NCBI RefSeq assembly: GCF_006345805.1
Contig: NC_043000.1
Span: 100,874,001 to 100,938,000 of the forward strand
DNA from: Octopus sinensis
Lineage: Eukaryota
Length of the DNA: 64,000 nucleotides
Direction of reading: 5' to 3'
Position numbers and translations under genes: made by a program. Of this stretch, positions 1-13,496 are shown in pieces. Every line of letters begins with the position of its first letter. Positions within the stretch are counted from its first letter, which is position 1. The notes below the pieces were generated by a model that worked only from the letters and a program-made list of their open reading frames with translations, searched no databases and was not told the origin of the DNA.

Positions 1-678
1 TCAACCACTTAGAAAGTTGCCATTATTGGCTCATTTTATTGAGTTTTTCATTTGGTTTATGCTATAAAAAAATTAGAAATTAAAGTCTCTGTATGAACTC
101 TCATAAAGATTTTATTACAAAATACCTTCTTGTTTATTTGAGAAATATTTACTGCATGTGTGTGGTGTGTACGTGTGTGTACATTAGGATGAGTCAAATA
201 AATTGAGACCTGACCTTATCAAATTGTTCCAATACATAGAAGAGCTTGGTAAAAATATTTTCAAAGAGAATATATATTCGTAGATTACATAAGTGGCCCA
301 AGTTTATCCTCGTTTGTTCCAATTAGGCATGAACAGAAACAGCAGCTCTTATAAACAAATTTTCAGTTAATTTAAAATCTACCAAGACTGCAAACTCATA
401 TCTGATTTAACAGATAATAAAAAGGTTATGTCTTCCTATTTTGGATTTATCACTGGCTAAAATGAAATTGATAGAATTTCCAAAGATAATCAAAGTGGGG
501 AAGTTATAACACAAGCAATTTACAATGGCTTTCAGAATTGGAAATTCAAAAATATTGTCTCTGGAAGTGTGCTCTAACAGAACAATTTATAAACTGGATG
601 AGTTCCCACATCATGTATGTGTTCTTGATTATTTGTTAAATTAGAAATGTTTGTCTGTTACATGCTGGTATCATATGG

Positions 679-890
679 TGGTGAGCTGGCAGAAGCGTTA
701 GAACATGGGACGAAATACTTAGCAGAATTTCGCCTGTCGCTACGTTCCGAGTTCAAATTCCGCCAAGGTTGACTTTGCCTTTCACCCTTTCAAGATCGAT
801 AAATTAAGTACAAGTGAAACACTGGGGTTGGTGTAATTGACAAGTCCCCTCCCATAAAATTTCAGGTCTTGTGTCTATAATAGAAAGAAT
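679..890 (+). mobile_element. tRNA-derived SINE, family B
   Basis: A-box-like tggcagaagcgttag, B-box GAGTTCAAATTCC, then ctttgcctttca...gataaattaagtac. Related copies at 1218-1437, 17113-17226 and 57775-57928. Confidence 0.75.
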
Positions 891-1099
891 ATATTGATGA
901 TAGTTTTGGGCATTAGCTTTGTAGAATGTACATTTAACCTTCTAGCATTTAAACTGGTCATCTCAGGCTCTAATATTCTTTTTTATGCTCAAACTGACCA
1001 GATCCAACCTCTCACTCTTACCCTATAATATCATTCTAAAAGTAAACAATCACATCAGTGCAAACTCAAAGCTATATTATAAAGCATGAATAATTCAAA

Positions 1100-1640
1100 A
1101 TAGTCATCATTAACATCATCATCATCATTGTTGTCACCGTTTAACATCTGCTTTCCATGCTGGCATGGGTTGGACGGTTTGACATAGAACTGGCCAGCAG
1201 GGAGTTGTCCACACTCCAGAATTGTTAACACACTGGGTGAAATGCTTAACGGCATTTCGTCTGCCGCTATGTTCTGAGTTCAAATTCCGCCAAGGTCAAC
1301 TTTGCCTTTCATCCTTTCAGAGTCAATTAAATAAGTACCAGTTACGCACTGCAGTCGATATAATCGACTTGATCCATTTGTCTGTCCTTGTTTGTCCTCT
1401 ATGTGTTTAGCCCCTTGTGGGTAGTAAAGAAATAGGTTTCTATGACTGCATGCCCTTCCTAATGCCAACCACTTAACAGAGTGTGCTGGGTGCTTTTTAT
1501 GTGCCACCTGCATGGGTGTGTTTACACAGCACTGGCACAGGTATGTTCATGCAGCACTGGCACAGGTATGTTCATGCAGCACTGGCATTGGTGCATTTAC
1601 ACAGCACCAGCATGGGTGATTATATGTGGCACCAGTACCC
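1100..1640 (-). mobile_element. RTE-tailed non-autonomous element (family D) with a nested family-B SINE at ~1218-1437
   Basis: The (GAT)n tail and catggaaagcagatgttaaac end match other family D copies. The element is interrupted by a SINE B fragment and resumes at ttctatgactgcatgcccttcctaatgcc. Confidence 0.7.
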
Positions 1641-2469
1641 GAAAGGACAAATATTTATGTGTGGAAGGTAACAATTTTACCAAGCTTGACATGCCTTATG
1701 AAGTACTGCAAAACAATGTGAATAAATAAGCATTACAATTGACTGAGGAATCTGAATGTTAGAGGGTCAAACATTTCCAGTCACAGTACCTCATTATTGA
1801 TCAAAGCAAATTTGATAATACTTTTTGGATGAAGTTACTTAATCATCCTTTTAGCATTCAGTTTACTTTGTCAAATGTAATGCTTTATTATTCACATTGT
1901 TTTGAATTAATTATGCATTATCGCATAACATTGAGGTTTTAATGTGGTGATTGTTTATTTTAGAATGATATAGTAATGTGGGTATGAGAGGTCAGATGTG
2001 GCCAGTTTAAACATAAATCATGTAGACTATTTGGGTCAGATATGGTCAATTTAAATGCTAAGACAAATGAGATCAATATTTTCTATAGAAGACATCTTAT
2101 GGATCATCAGCCCAAACACAACTATTACGTTACTGCAACTGATTTTCATCGTTATTTTTTTCTTGTTCTTTTTTGTGAAATGAAACCTTGTCAGTTTGAA
2201 TTTTGTATGTCAGGGACTACAGATGATGTTTTTTCTCCTACTTGCTTTTATTTCTCATTGATATTTGACCCTACCATACATCCTCCTAGTTTCAAAACAC
2301 TCTGGTCACCTAACTTTCTTTCAAACGACTGACTGTCATATTGTTTTTATAGCTAACACTCCACTTTTCTTTGTTCTTCTATATACCTCTTCACTGAATT
2401 CCTACTTCACTGCTAACACTATCTTGATCTTGTTCTTACTTTAAGCCTTTCTCCTATTACCTACACACT

Positions 2470-2541
<72 letters not shown>

Positions 2542-2599
2542 GTGCCATGGGTTGAACAATCATCATCATTTAATAGCCTTTTATACCATCCATATATAT

Positions 2600-3110
2600 C
2601 ATCATCATCATCATTATCATTTAACGTTTGTGTTCCATGCTAGCATGGGTGGGATGGTACCACAAAAGCTGGCCAGGCCGAAGCCTGAACCAGATTTCTG
2701 TAACTGATTTTTACAGCTGGATGCCCTTCCTAACACCAACCACCCAGCAGAGTGGGCCTAGTGTTTTTATGTGGCACAAGCACACATAAAAGTTTTTACA
2801 CCTGGATGCCCTTCTGAACACTTTACAATGTGGACTGGGTGCTTTTAAGTGGCACTTGCACTGACAGGGTCACCAAGTACTTACTTGAAAGACAAAAACT
2901 TTTAAGAGGGAAGGAGGCATTGGAGGAGATGATAATGAAAAGGTAATCATGAGACAGATACAGGTGTCTTGCTGTAGAGGAAGTACAAGGTTACTCAGCC
3001 AAGGAGAGAAAGATCAAGGATGAAGACAGAAACAGGTGTACTACCACAAAGAATGTACATGGTTGCCCAACCTGAGGGAAGTGCAAGAGAAAGAGAGAGA
3101 GAGAGAGAGT
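2600..3110 (-). mobile_element. Family D element
   Basis: Contains catttaacgtttgtgttccatgctagcatggg and ctggatgcccttcctaacaccaacc, as in the other copies. Confidence 0.7.
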
Positions 3111-3597
3111 GGGAGACCATATATATTGAGTACCATCTACTACTAAAATTTTATTTTCTTCTGGTGACAAGTAAATGATAATATAATTTAAAGTTGCATT
3201 ATTTCATATACATTCATTAAGTTAAATATTTAATTATTTATTCATTTATCTCATGTACATGCACATACAATTTATTTCATGTCTATGCACACACAATATA
3301 CACTATGCTTTTACTGATCACCAAACCCCAGAAACAGCTGTAAAAGATTATTTGAATTCTCTTCTCTTTTACTTGTGATGTTAGAGTATGAACTCTCCAG
3401 ATATTTACCTATCTATGGAAAACCACTACACAGGATTACCTGGATATTGCTCTGTTTTATCTGTGATATCAAAGCATGAATTTTATCGGTATTTACATAT
3501 CTCTAAAGAACAACTATAAACTTGCATACCTGTTTTTTCCTGTTTTGCTGCTAAATTATATTTATACCCACTTCAGTTTAACTGGTTTATAAATACT

Positions 3598-3635
<38 letters not shown>

Positions 3636-3739
3636 TGTGCGTGTGTGTGTGTATAAATTGTACACATACACACACACATGCACACATGGCTGGAAATTGA
3701 AAGATAATATCATATCTACTGCAACCAGGAAACCCTATG

Positions 3740-4110
3740 TACTGGATGGGAATATTCCATGCTTGTATTTTATATTAAATAAAGACCTCTATCTAAAATA
3801 ATACTGAGGGTAGAAGGGAGTCACAATACAGAGGGAGATGTAAGATTGTATCCAGATCACTGCAAGCAGCTTTGAGAAAACCAGAGCATCTGCAGCAGAT
3901 GAGAAATGCCTTTAAAGGAAAAAGTTATCGTCATAATAACCCCATCCAATCAAATCCTACATATTTGCCTCAAGTGTGCCAGAACCTGTCATTCAAAGAT
4001 TGGTTTACATAGCCACCTGAGGATTTGCCACTTTTTCGTAGATCTTTGGACACACAGAACTGTCATTGTCATCATCATCATCATCATCATCATTATCACC
4101 ATCATCATCT
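3740..4110 (+). mobile_element. RTE LINE 3' end, decayed
   Basis: C-terminal motif HICLKCARTCHSKIGLHSHLRICH (CxxCxRxCxSxIGLxSH, typical of RTE ORF ends) followed by a (CAT)n tail. Confidence 0.7.
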
Positions 4111-4479
4111 TGAATAAAAAATAGAAAATAAAAGGTGTGTGCATGTGTGCATGTGTTTGTGTGTGTATATGTGTGTGTGCATGTGTGCATGCTTGTGTGT
4201 GTGTGTGGTGTGTAGTGTGTGTGTGTGTTGTGTGTGGTGTGTGTGTGTGTGTGTGTGTGTGTGTAGCAGAATGCTCCTTTGAAGTAGTTAGCAGATTTGT
4301 TTTTAGTTTTTGGCTACACTGGTGACTCAATCAACAGCTGAATAGGTTGTTCTGAAAGAATGGCAACAATTGCAAGAGTAACAGGTAAAGTTCAGGCAGT
4401 TATAACCTCTTCAGGCAGTAAAGAAATTCTCACTTGAAAGGAAGGTAGATTAAATTGACCCTTGTACACACATTTAGGT

Positions 4480-4638
4480 GAAGGCGTGGCTGTGTGGTAA
4501 GAAGCCTTGCTGCCTAACCACACGGTTCCAGGTTCAGTCCCACTGCATGGCACCTTGGGAAAGTGTCTTCTTCTATAGCGTCAGGCCGACCAAAGCCTCA
4601 TGTGTGGATTTGGTAAATAGAAACTGAAAGAAGACTGT

Positions 4639-4683
<45 letters not shown>

Positions 4684-4938
4684 TGTGTGTGTGTGTATGA
4701 ATGTATATATCTATGTGTATGTGTCTTTGTGCCAATGCTTGTCCCCCGTCACAGCTTGACAACAGGTGTTGGTGTGCTTATGCCCCCATAACTTAGTGGT
4801 TCAGCAAAAAGAGTTTGATAGAATAAGTACTAGGCTTAAAAAAATAAGTCCTGGGGTCGATTTGTTTGATTAAAACCCTTGAAGGTGGTGCCCCAGTGTG
4901 GCCACAGTCAAATGGATGAAACAAGCAAAAGAATAAGA
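4480..4938 (+). mobile_element. tRNA-derived SINE, family A (most abundant in the window)
   Basis: A box tggctgtgtgg, B box ggttcagtccc, core gccttgtgagtggatttggtagacggaaactgaaagaag, internal (TG)n, 3' end gaaacaagtaaaaga. More than 15 copies in the window. Confidence 0.85.
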
Positions 4939-5014
4939 TTGTACAATGTTACATGGTTACGAAACATAGGTCATAAATGTGGAAGGTGAGTGAAGGTTGA
5001 AATGAAATAAACAC

Positions 5015-5290
5015 TATCCACTGGATATGTAATGTTAGTGCAGTTGATTAACCAAGTACAAAGGAGCTGAGAGAAACAATCTGGAGTGTAAGAGGAGTCA
5101 GATGTAGTATGCAAGAGAGAGAGAGAGAGAGAAGGCTGCACTGGAATAGATGTGTGATGAAGGCTGGTTGCCAGTTCATCCCGATGAAATGAATTTGTGG
5201 AAGAAGTGGTCTTGGTGGAATCTCATGAGGAATATGAAAAGGGACTGTTGACATGTGGGATGATGCTGTGCTGGAGAAGATCCATCCTGT
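5015..5290 (+). mobile_element. RTE LINE 3' fragment, highly decayed
   Basis: Broken frames give WICNVS...ELRE...GVRCSMQERRLHW...DAVLEK, similar to the fragment at 56200-56420. Confidence 0.55.
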
Positions 5291-5324
5291 TTGTACGAGT
5301 AAGGAAGCAACAAACATAAATTGA

Positions 5325-5820
5325 TGATGTTGGCGATGAGGTTAACGATGGTGGCAGTGGTAGTGGTGGTGGTGATTGTGGTTGTGGTGGGGGTGATGGT
5401 AATGATGATGAAGTGGACGATGTAAATGATGATGACCAAGTTGGTAATGGTGATGGGAGTGCTGGTGGCGGTGTTGTTGTTGTTGTTGGTGGTGGTGATT
5501 GTGGTTGTGGTGGGGGTGATGGTAATGATGATGAAGTGGAAGATGTAAATGATGATGACCAAGTTGGTAGTGGTGATGGCAGTGCTGATGGTGTTGGTGT
5601 TGGTGGTGGTGGTGGTGGTGGTGGTGGTGGTGGTGGTGGTGATGGTGATGATGACGATGACAGCAATGATAACAATGACAATGGCGATGATGACGGCAGT
5701 GATGATGACACCACTACCACTGCCAATAACGGTGCCACTGATGCTACCGAAGCTACAGACATTGCCAACAATGATGATGTTGGAAAGCACAATGACAATA
5801 ATGACGATGATGATAATAGG
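5325..5820. repeat. (GGT)n/(GAT)n low-complexity tract with an internal duplication of ~135 bp
   Basis: The block ggtggtgattgtggttgtggtgggggtgatggtaatgatgatgaagtgga...gaccaagttggta occurs twice. It explains the long poly-T/P/G ORFs. Confidence 0.9.
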
Positions 5821-6414
5821 ATGTCTTTTACTAGGAGAAATTAGCAATATGAAAAACAAAAAAAACACTACAACAATAACAAATAAAACCTAACCTTAGT
5901 AAACACAATCAGTCAAAGAATTTTTTGCAAATTACAAATGATGGAAGACATGAATATCAATGTATGTGTTGTATAGAGGATCCATTAGATTGAAAATTCC
6001 TGACATTTTCAATGGGAAGTTCAGTATATTTATAACTCTCGTGTCAAGTCTCTTTAAAAACGGTTTGTAACATAAAAATAAACAGGAAAACCTGTTCTGA
6101 ATTCTATCTACAAAGTATTGAATATATGGAAACATTAATTTTAATTTTAGTACAACTAACTGTGTAATACTATTGAAATATCTTTAGTTCTTACCCCAAC
6201 ACATCGTCTATACCTGGGTTCCTTTATTGTGAATAGTTATATTTAGAATTAATCAATATATAGCTGCTAATTAAATCAGCTGTCCCACTGTTAGTAATTA
6301 AAAATCAAAACAGCTACATCTGTTACATATATGTAAACGGGTGAATGTGCGTGAGTGTACATCTATATATATATGTATATATATATATATGTGTATATAT
6401 ATATATATATTATA

Positions 6415-6499
<85 letters not shown>

Positions 6500-6724
6500 G
6501 ATATATATATATATTTGTATATAGATATATATATAGATATATATATATATTTGTATATAGATATATATATATATATATATATACATAATACATAAAAGTA
6601 TAAACATATATATATATATATATGCATGTATGTATGTATAATACACACACGCATAAACACACACACACACACACTCATATATATATGTGTGTGTGTGTGT
6701 GTGTATTACATGCATACATAGTCA

Positions 6725-7160
6725 TGGAAAGACTGGGAAAATGGAGGCAGCAGAGAATGATACCAGGTTGTAAAGAAAGAAGCTAAATATCAGGTTTACT
6801 AGGAAAGTGAAAAGTTGAAAGTAAGACATTTGTGAGTGCTTACTACAATGTGAGAATCAAAAGTGTGAGATATTCCAGACTGCAAGAAAATGTATCAGAG
6901 AAAATTGAGATGTTGAAAGGGAGAAATATGTGTAGATGGATAACGGTACACTTGCACTTGGGAATTTTGTAAGGAAAGAGACATGAAATTGCTACTATGA
7001 AAGGTTACTAAATGTGGAGAATGTGTGGTGTAATGAGGGTCTTCCCTACGAGGACCCAAAAAAGGGACTGGCTATCTTAGTTGACACCAGTATGATTGGC
7101 AAAGCTATTAAGAGTATGAGGATGGGAAAAACCTCTGGTCTATCAGGAATTACTACTGAG
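6725..7160 (+). mobile_element. RTE LINE ORF fragment (pre-RT region)
   Basis: Broken frames include DTSMIGKAIKSMRMGKTSGLSGITTE, similar to RTE MKxGKAPGPSGITAE. Confidence 0.6.
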
Positions 7161-7434
7161 AAGCATCAGCAGAGGTAATAACACCCTGAACTTTTGCCTT
7201 CCAATTCTTATTTTAGCAACTACATTCAAAACACTCTCCTCCACTGCTAATTAAGACACTTAGATAACAGAAACTACCTGCTACCTCTTGGGAACCTTCT
7301 AGGCATTTGAGAGTCTACTTCCTATGTGTCTTAGTGTTAGTTACTGTAGCATATCTGTCGCAGAGGAAGTCTACTTTCTTCGTTAGCTTTCCCATGTTCC
7401 CACTGCACCTCTCACATCCATAACTTGCACTGAG

Positions 7435-8000
7435 TACACTATATAGAATTATTATTTGCAATTATCAGGCACATTGAGCAGGGCCATTTACTTAATGCAA
7501 GTTGGGCCCTACCTGTTTGTCTGCTTACTAGAACTTTGGTTTTTGCTAAGTTAACTTTAAGGCATTTTGATTCTAGGTTTTGCATCAACACCTGAAATTT
7601 TATTTCTAATTCTTCCACAGATTCTACTGTAAGAATGATGTGATTAGTTAACACTAGTTCCCAAGGGCAACCAAACTTAAATTCCTCTATTATGGCCTGA
7701 AGGCCTACGATGAATAGGAGCTATGAATCCCTATTTGCACATTAATTTTATTGCTGTACTTGTTGCTGTCTCTCACTTTATTAATAATACTCCTGTACAT
7801 GGCTTGTATGGTTCTCACAAACCATTCATGTTCCCCTAGCTTCCACAGAGAAGCCCTATTCACCAGATCTAGCTTCTGCCAGATCACAGAGCAAGGGACT
7901 CTGTCAAACACTTTCTCCAGTTTCACAAAAGCCAAATAAAAAGGTTTACTTTTCACTAAATACATCTTCTGCAGTTGTCTTACTTGAAAGAGAGCATGAC
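7435..8000 (-). mobile_element. RTE LINE reverse transcriptase fragment
   Basis: VRQLQKMYLVKSKPFYLAFVKLEKVFDRVP and LESKCLKVNLAKTKVLV in the ORF track, with stops and frameshifts. Confidence 0.8.
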
Positions 8001-8049
8001 CACAGTTTGATGACTGAAACAAGTAAAAGATAAAAGACAAAGAAGAGTT

Positions 8050-8725
8050 CTATGTGTTCATATTTTTATAGATATAAGTTTTATGATTTTTTAGCCAGTG
8101 TTGCATGTTTGATCCATTTAAAAGTACCCTTGAGGCATCAGGTGATATGATATGCTTCAGAAGACCTGTTGAGTCAAGTAAAACCAAAATTGTGACTGGC
8201 TCCCATTCTGGCAGCATGTAAAATGCATCATCCAAACATGGTTGATGCCAGTGCCCCCGACTGGCTCCTGTGCTGGTGTAACATAAAAAGCACCATCCAA
8301 ATGTGGCCAATGCCAATGCACCTTGACTGGCTCACGTGCTGATGGCATGTAAAAAGCACTATCTGAACATGATCAATATCAGGGCAACCTGACTGGCTCC
8401 TGTGTCGGTGGCTTGAAAAAGGCACCATCCAAGCATGGCTGATGCCAGTGCCCCCTGACGGGCTCCTGTACCGGTGGCACATAAAGAGCACTATTCAAAT
8501 GTAATCAATGCCAGGCCCACCTGACTGGCTCCTGAGCCAGTAGCACATAAAAAAGCACTCACTCCACTCTCAGAGTGGTTGGCGTTAGGAAGGGCATCCA
8601 GCTGAAGAAACATTGCCAGATCAGATTGGAGCCTGGTGCAGCAGCTGGCTTTCCAGACCTCAGTCAAACCGTCCAACCCATACCAGCATGGAAAACGGAC
8701 GTTAAACAATGATGATGATGATGAT
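8050..8725 (+). mobile_element. Family D element with an internal array of about five ~62-bp units
   Basis: Repeated ccatccaa...gatgccagtgccccc.gactggctcctgt..cggtggcacataaaaagca units, then ggttggcgttaggaagggcatccagc and a ggacgttaaac(GAT)n tail. Confidence 0.8.
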
Positions 8726-8914
8726 GAATTTTATTGCATGTATTTTTACATTAGATAAATGAAATTTTTATTAGATTCATGCACTTTAACAACAAACTAT
8801 AAACATACTATATACCAAAGATGCTCATACACATGATATAATAATGTGACAGTTACTCCAACAATCCAGTCAGAACTTTATTCTAACCTTTTCATGAAGT
8901 ATAATTGCAAGGAA

Positions 8915-9110
8915 GGTGCATAGCCTAGTGTTTAAGCTGTTGCACTCACAATCGCTAGATTGTGGGTTCGCTTCCTGGATTGTTTGGTGCGTTATGTTCT
9001 TGAGCAAAACATTTTATTTCACATTGCTCCAGTCCCCCTTCGATCAGTGGGGAATGTTGGGCTGCTCACCCAGCCTGATGGGTGGCATCATTTGAAGGTT
9101 AAAACAATGC
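8915..9110 (+). mobile_element. tRNA-derived SINE, family E, partial
   Basis: tRNA-like head followed by tgttcttgagcaaaacattttatttcacattgctccag, shared with 26735-27090 and 39880-40155. Confidence 0.6.
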
Positions 9111-9447
9111 AAAGGCACATCATGTGATAATTGCAAGAGGAGCTACAATTACTGGTTATGCTTGAAATAATATTCCCTACAATCTGAAAGTCTGAAATTA
9201 TGACTTTAAGGAATCTGAAATTTTCAGTACTTGCTTTCTCCTTTTCACTCAGGAAATTTTTTGTGCCATAATATAAAAAATGTCTGGTGTCAAACAGTCC
9301 CGTTAGCTGTGTTGTGGACATGGGTACTTCCATAGTGGTGGCACACGCATTATACTCTGTATGGTGATTAGCATTAGGAATGGTATCTAGGTGTAGAAAC
9401 CAAAGTGAAAAGAAACGCGTAAGTTCTTCAATACATGCACACACATA

Positions 9448-9810
9448 CGAGGTAATATCAAAAAGTTCTGTAGTGTGCCAACAGATGGCAGCAAAGGGTT
9501 GTGTGCACAGTGAAAGCTAGCACTCTGCACTTGCCCTATTCACCAGGTATAGCACCAGAAAACTTCCATCTATTCCCCAAGATGAAAATGCAGCTCTAAG
9601 GTTGCTGTTTTAACACTACTGTTGAGATCCAGAGTAAAATACTCACTTATGGAAAACAACTTCCAGGCCAGATTCCAAAAGTGGTAGGAATTCTGAGACC
9701 AGTGTATTGCTGCGAAAGGTGACTATTTTGAAGGAGATGATATTAAAAGTTAGGTAAATAAGTTATTTTTTATTAAAGATAACAAGTCTAGGAACTTTTT
9801 GATACATGTG
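9448..9810 (+). mobile_element. Internally deleted mariner (irritans-like) element
   Basis: Inverted ends atcaaaaagttc / ggaactttttgat with TA at 9446-9447. Remnants LHLPYSPGIAP and IAAKGDYFEGD. Confidence 0.65.
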
Positions 9811-10088
9811 CATACTTCATACATACGCATATTAGTAAGGTTGTAAGTGTTAACATTTGTGTGTGTATTTGTGTGTATTTGTATAGATAAATACAAATGT
9901 GTGTGTGAGTTCATGAATGTATGTATTCACACACATACAAGCACACACATTTAGAAATAAATGACACTTCTCCCATCTTATTATATCATACCTTGTTTTA
10001 TTTTATTTTGTTCTCTTTTATTTCTTATCATCGTCCTCCCTACTTATCCTACTAATGGTGTTACCCTGCTATCTTACTGAAATATAAA

Positions 10089-10151
<63 letters not shown>

Positions 10152-10376
10152 TATATATGTATATGTATATATGTATGTGTGTGTATATATATATATATGT
10201 ATGTATGTATATAGATATATGTGTATGTGTACATGTGTGTGAGTGTGTGTATATATACTATATATATGTTAACAGACACACACACATATATATATGCTTA
10301 AACATCTATATAGATACATGTAGGTATATATGTATGTACATAAATATAATATATATATGCACGCACAAACACACAC

Positions 10377-10428
<52 letters not shown>

Positions 10429-11127
10429 GTGTGTGTGTGTATGTGTACATATATACATAGATATGTATATGCACACACACACAAACACACACGCATGTAT
10501 GTATGTATGTATGTATGTATGTATGTATGTATGTATGTATGTATGTATGTATGTATGTGTGCATACTCCTTGTGCAGAGTAGGCTAGAGATGGAGATGAG
10601 TATTTTTCCCCAAAAGCAAAATTTCATTTCCTTTGGCTTTTAAACATGTCACCTCACCTTTATTTGAAAAGGAGGACTGAAATTACAAAACATTCATTAT
10701 CTCGTTACCATGTTATCACCTGTATGTTGAAAAGCTCTTTTTTTTTTTTATAATAGATATGCCACCCATCCTAACCTTCAAATGAATTCTTTCAACTCAC
10801 AAACCATGAAGATGAAATTTCAATAAAGAACACTGCATTCTTTTATTGCTTCGTGTTGCATATAGGAATGCACTGTGCATTTTGTAATGTGAGGAAAAGG
10901 AAGGTTAATAGAAGAGAGGGGGTTATTTGTATGTTTACCTGTATGTGTGTTTTACACTTATGATTTTTTTCTGTATATCTCTTTTATATATGAGTGTTTC
11001 ATGTATCTATGTCGATGTATTATTGAAGTTTCCTTTATGCATTGTTTAACTGTTCATTTAAGAATGCTTGATCGAATAAAAAGCTGTTTAACCAAGGCAA
11101 CACATACGCACACATATAATACATACC

Positions 11128-11164
<37 letters not shown>

Positions 11165-11165
<1 letters not shown>

Positions 11166-11302
11166 GAGACGCAATGGCCCAGTGGTTAGGGCAGCGAACT
11201 CGCGGTTGGAGGATCACGGTTTCGATTCCCAGACAGGACATTGTGTGTGTTTATTGAGTGAAAACACCTACATACATGCGTGTGTGTGTGTGTGTGTGTG
11301 TT

Positions 11303-11345
<43 letters not shown>

Positions 11346-11362
11346 ATATGTACACATACAGG

Positions 11363-11402
<40 letters not shown>

Positions 11403-11605
11403 CATAAGCTCTATGAGGCTCTGGCAGGGGGTGGTGGCGACCCCTGTTGTACTCTTTCGCCCCAACTTTCTCTCACCCTTTCTTTCTGTTTCTTGAGTAA
11501 TGCTGTGATGGGCTGGCATCCCGTCCAGCTGGGGGGGGGGGAACATACGCCATAGAAACCTGGAAACCGGGCCCATGAGCCTGGCTAGGCTTGAAAAGGC
11601 GCATA
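11165..11605 (+). mobile_element. tRNA-derived SINE, family C, split by a ~136-bp compound microsatellite
   Basis: A box tggcccagtgg, B box gtttcgattcc. Colinear with 24490-24790 except for the microsatellite block at ~11271-11406. Confidence 0.75.
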
Positions 11606-11952
11606 AAAAAAAAAAATATATATATATATATATATATGCATATGTGTGTATTCCAATATGAGTACATGGAAATCTGTACAAATATCTATGTAAATAAATA
11701 TTTACATTTGCATGTATATATGTATATAGACATAGATGTGTGCTCAGAAGTTTGTTTCCCAGCCACATGGTTCCAGGTTCAGTTCCACCGTGTTGCACAG
11801 TGGGAAAGTGTTTTCAACTATAACCTTGGGCCAATCAAAGCCTTGTGAATGGAATTGGTAGACAGAAACTGAAAGACACCAATTGTATATAGATGAGCAT
11901 GTGTGTGTATATGTGTGTGTGTCTTTATATGTATGTTTGTCTGCTTGACAAC

Positions 11953-12244
11953 CAGTGGTTCCCAAAGTGGGCAGTATTGCCCCCACCCCCACCCCCGGGG
12001 GCCACTGGAAAGTTCCAAGTAGGTGTTGAAGAAAAGTGGGGTGATAATGGGGTAGCGATTCATGTAAATACAACAAAATAATGGGTTCCTTAGGTTAAAT
12101 TTTATTTCTTAAATACAGTTGCTTTGAATTTATTTGAGAAAGAGGTCTATGTTTGTGATGGTTACTTGGGGTTAGGGCACTAGGAATGTGGCCTGGGTGT
12201 CAAGGGGGTGGGGCCGGCAGCCTGAAAAAGTTTGGGGACGACTG
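11953..12244. mobile_element. hAT-type MITE inserted into a family A SINE (host SINE ~11735-12395)
   Basis: TIRs CAGTGGTTCCCAAA / TTTGGGGACGACTG (11 of 14 complementary). SINE sequence resumes after it. No clean TSD. Confidence 0.65.
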
Positions 12245-12404
12245 TTATAACTCTGCAGTTCAGCAAAAACAATATAGAGTAAGTACCAGGCCTTAAAAAA
12301 AAAATGGGGTTAATTCATTTGGTTAAAATTCTTTAAGGTGATGTTCCAATATGGGTATAGTCTAATGACTGAAACAAGAAAATAATTCAATAAATATACA
12401 TATA

Positions 12405-12568
12405 GGTGCAGGTGTGGCTGTGTGGTAAGAAGCTTGCTTCCCAACCACATGATTCCAGGTTCAGTTCCACTGTGTGGCACCTTGGGCAAGTATCTTCAAG
12501 TATCTTGGGCAGACCAAAGCCTTGTGAGTGGATTTGGTAGACAGAAACTGAAAGAAGCCTATTGAATA

Positions 12569-12599
<31 letters not shown>

Positions 12600-12805
12600 A
12601 TATTTGTATGTTTGAGTCTATGTTTGTCCCTCCACCATTGCTTGACAACCGATGTTGGTGTGTTTATGTCCCCGTAATTTAGCGGTTCAGCAAAAGAAAC
12701 CGATAGAGTAACTACCTGGCTTACAAACAATAAGTCCAGGGCAATTTTTTCAAGTAAACAATGGTGGTTACAGTCAAAATGACTGGAACAAGTAAAAAAA
12801 ATAAA
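12405..12805 (+). mobile_element. SINE family A, full length
   Basis: All family A segments present. Confidence 0.85.
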
Positions 12806-13143
12806 AGAATACAATGTGTGTGTGTGTATGTGTTTATTGGCTATAAATAAAATGTCAATTTTACCCAGAAGATTTTTACCTTTTAGATTCATAATGCAAT
12901 TTTAATCATAAAATATGAATGAAGGTGAGAAATTGAAATGTGTGTTGGTGACATGAAATTGACTATTATATAAATAAATAAATAAATTTTTTTCTGTGTT
13001 CACACTCTCCATTTCTTTTATATATTATATTATATTATAATTATATTATATATATTATATTGTATTATATCATATTATATTATATTATATATATTATATT
13101 ATATTATATTATATAGTATTGTATTATATTATATTATATATAT

Positions 13144-13178
<35 letters not shown>

Positions 13179-13192
13179 AACATATGGTACAG

Positions 13193-13225
<33 letters not shown>

Positions 13226-13311
13226 ATATACAATCAATTCAAATACACGATTAATAAAATTAAGAGACAGCTGGAAGATGTGCACAAAGAATGTATTAGT
13301 AAAAAGAAAAA

Positions 13312-13347
13312 TTTTGAGGTTTTGAGCAAAGCTCTTCATCAGAGAGG
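13312..13347 (-). ncRNA. Decayed minimal hammerhead-like motif
   Basis: Minus strand CTGATGA-A-GAGC-ttt-GCTC-AAAA-CCT-C. The core and helix II are intact, G12 is mutated and helix I is not paired. Confidence 0.35.
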
Positions 13348-13437
13348 AGAAAAGGACAGGTCCAAAGAAGGAAAAGAAATTGCCAGCACCATGTGTGTAG
13401 TTATATTGCTGCAGTATACACACATACATACATACAA

Positions 13438-13496
<59 letters not shown>

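Noticed and set aside
3385-3488. Exon-like stretch after a pyrimidine tract (MNSPDIYLSMENHYTGLPGYCSVLS)
   Set aside because: Weak donor and no recognisable homology.
8100-8550. Repeat-spacer-like array
   Set aside because: Not CRISPR: the whole unit repeats inside a eukaryotic retro-element, with no unique spacers and no cas genes.
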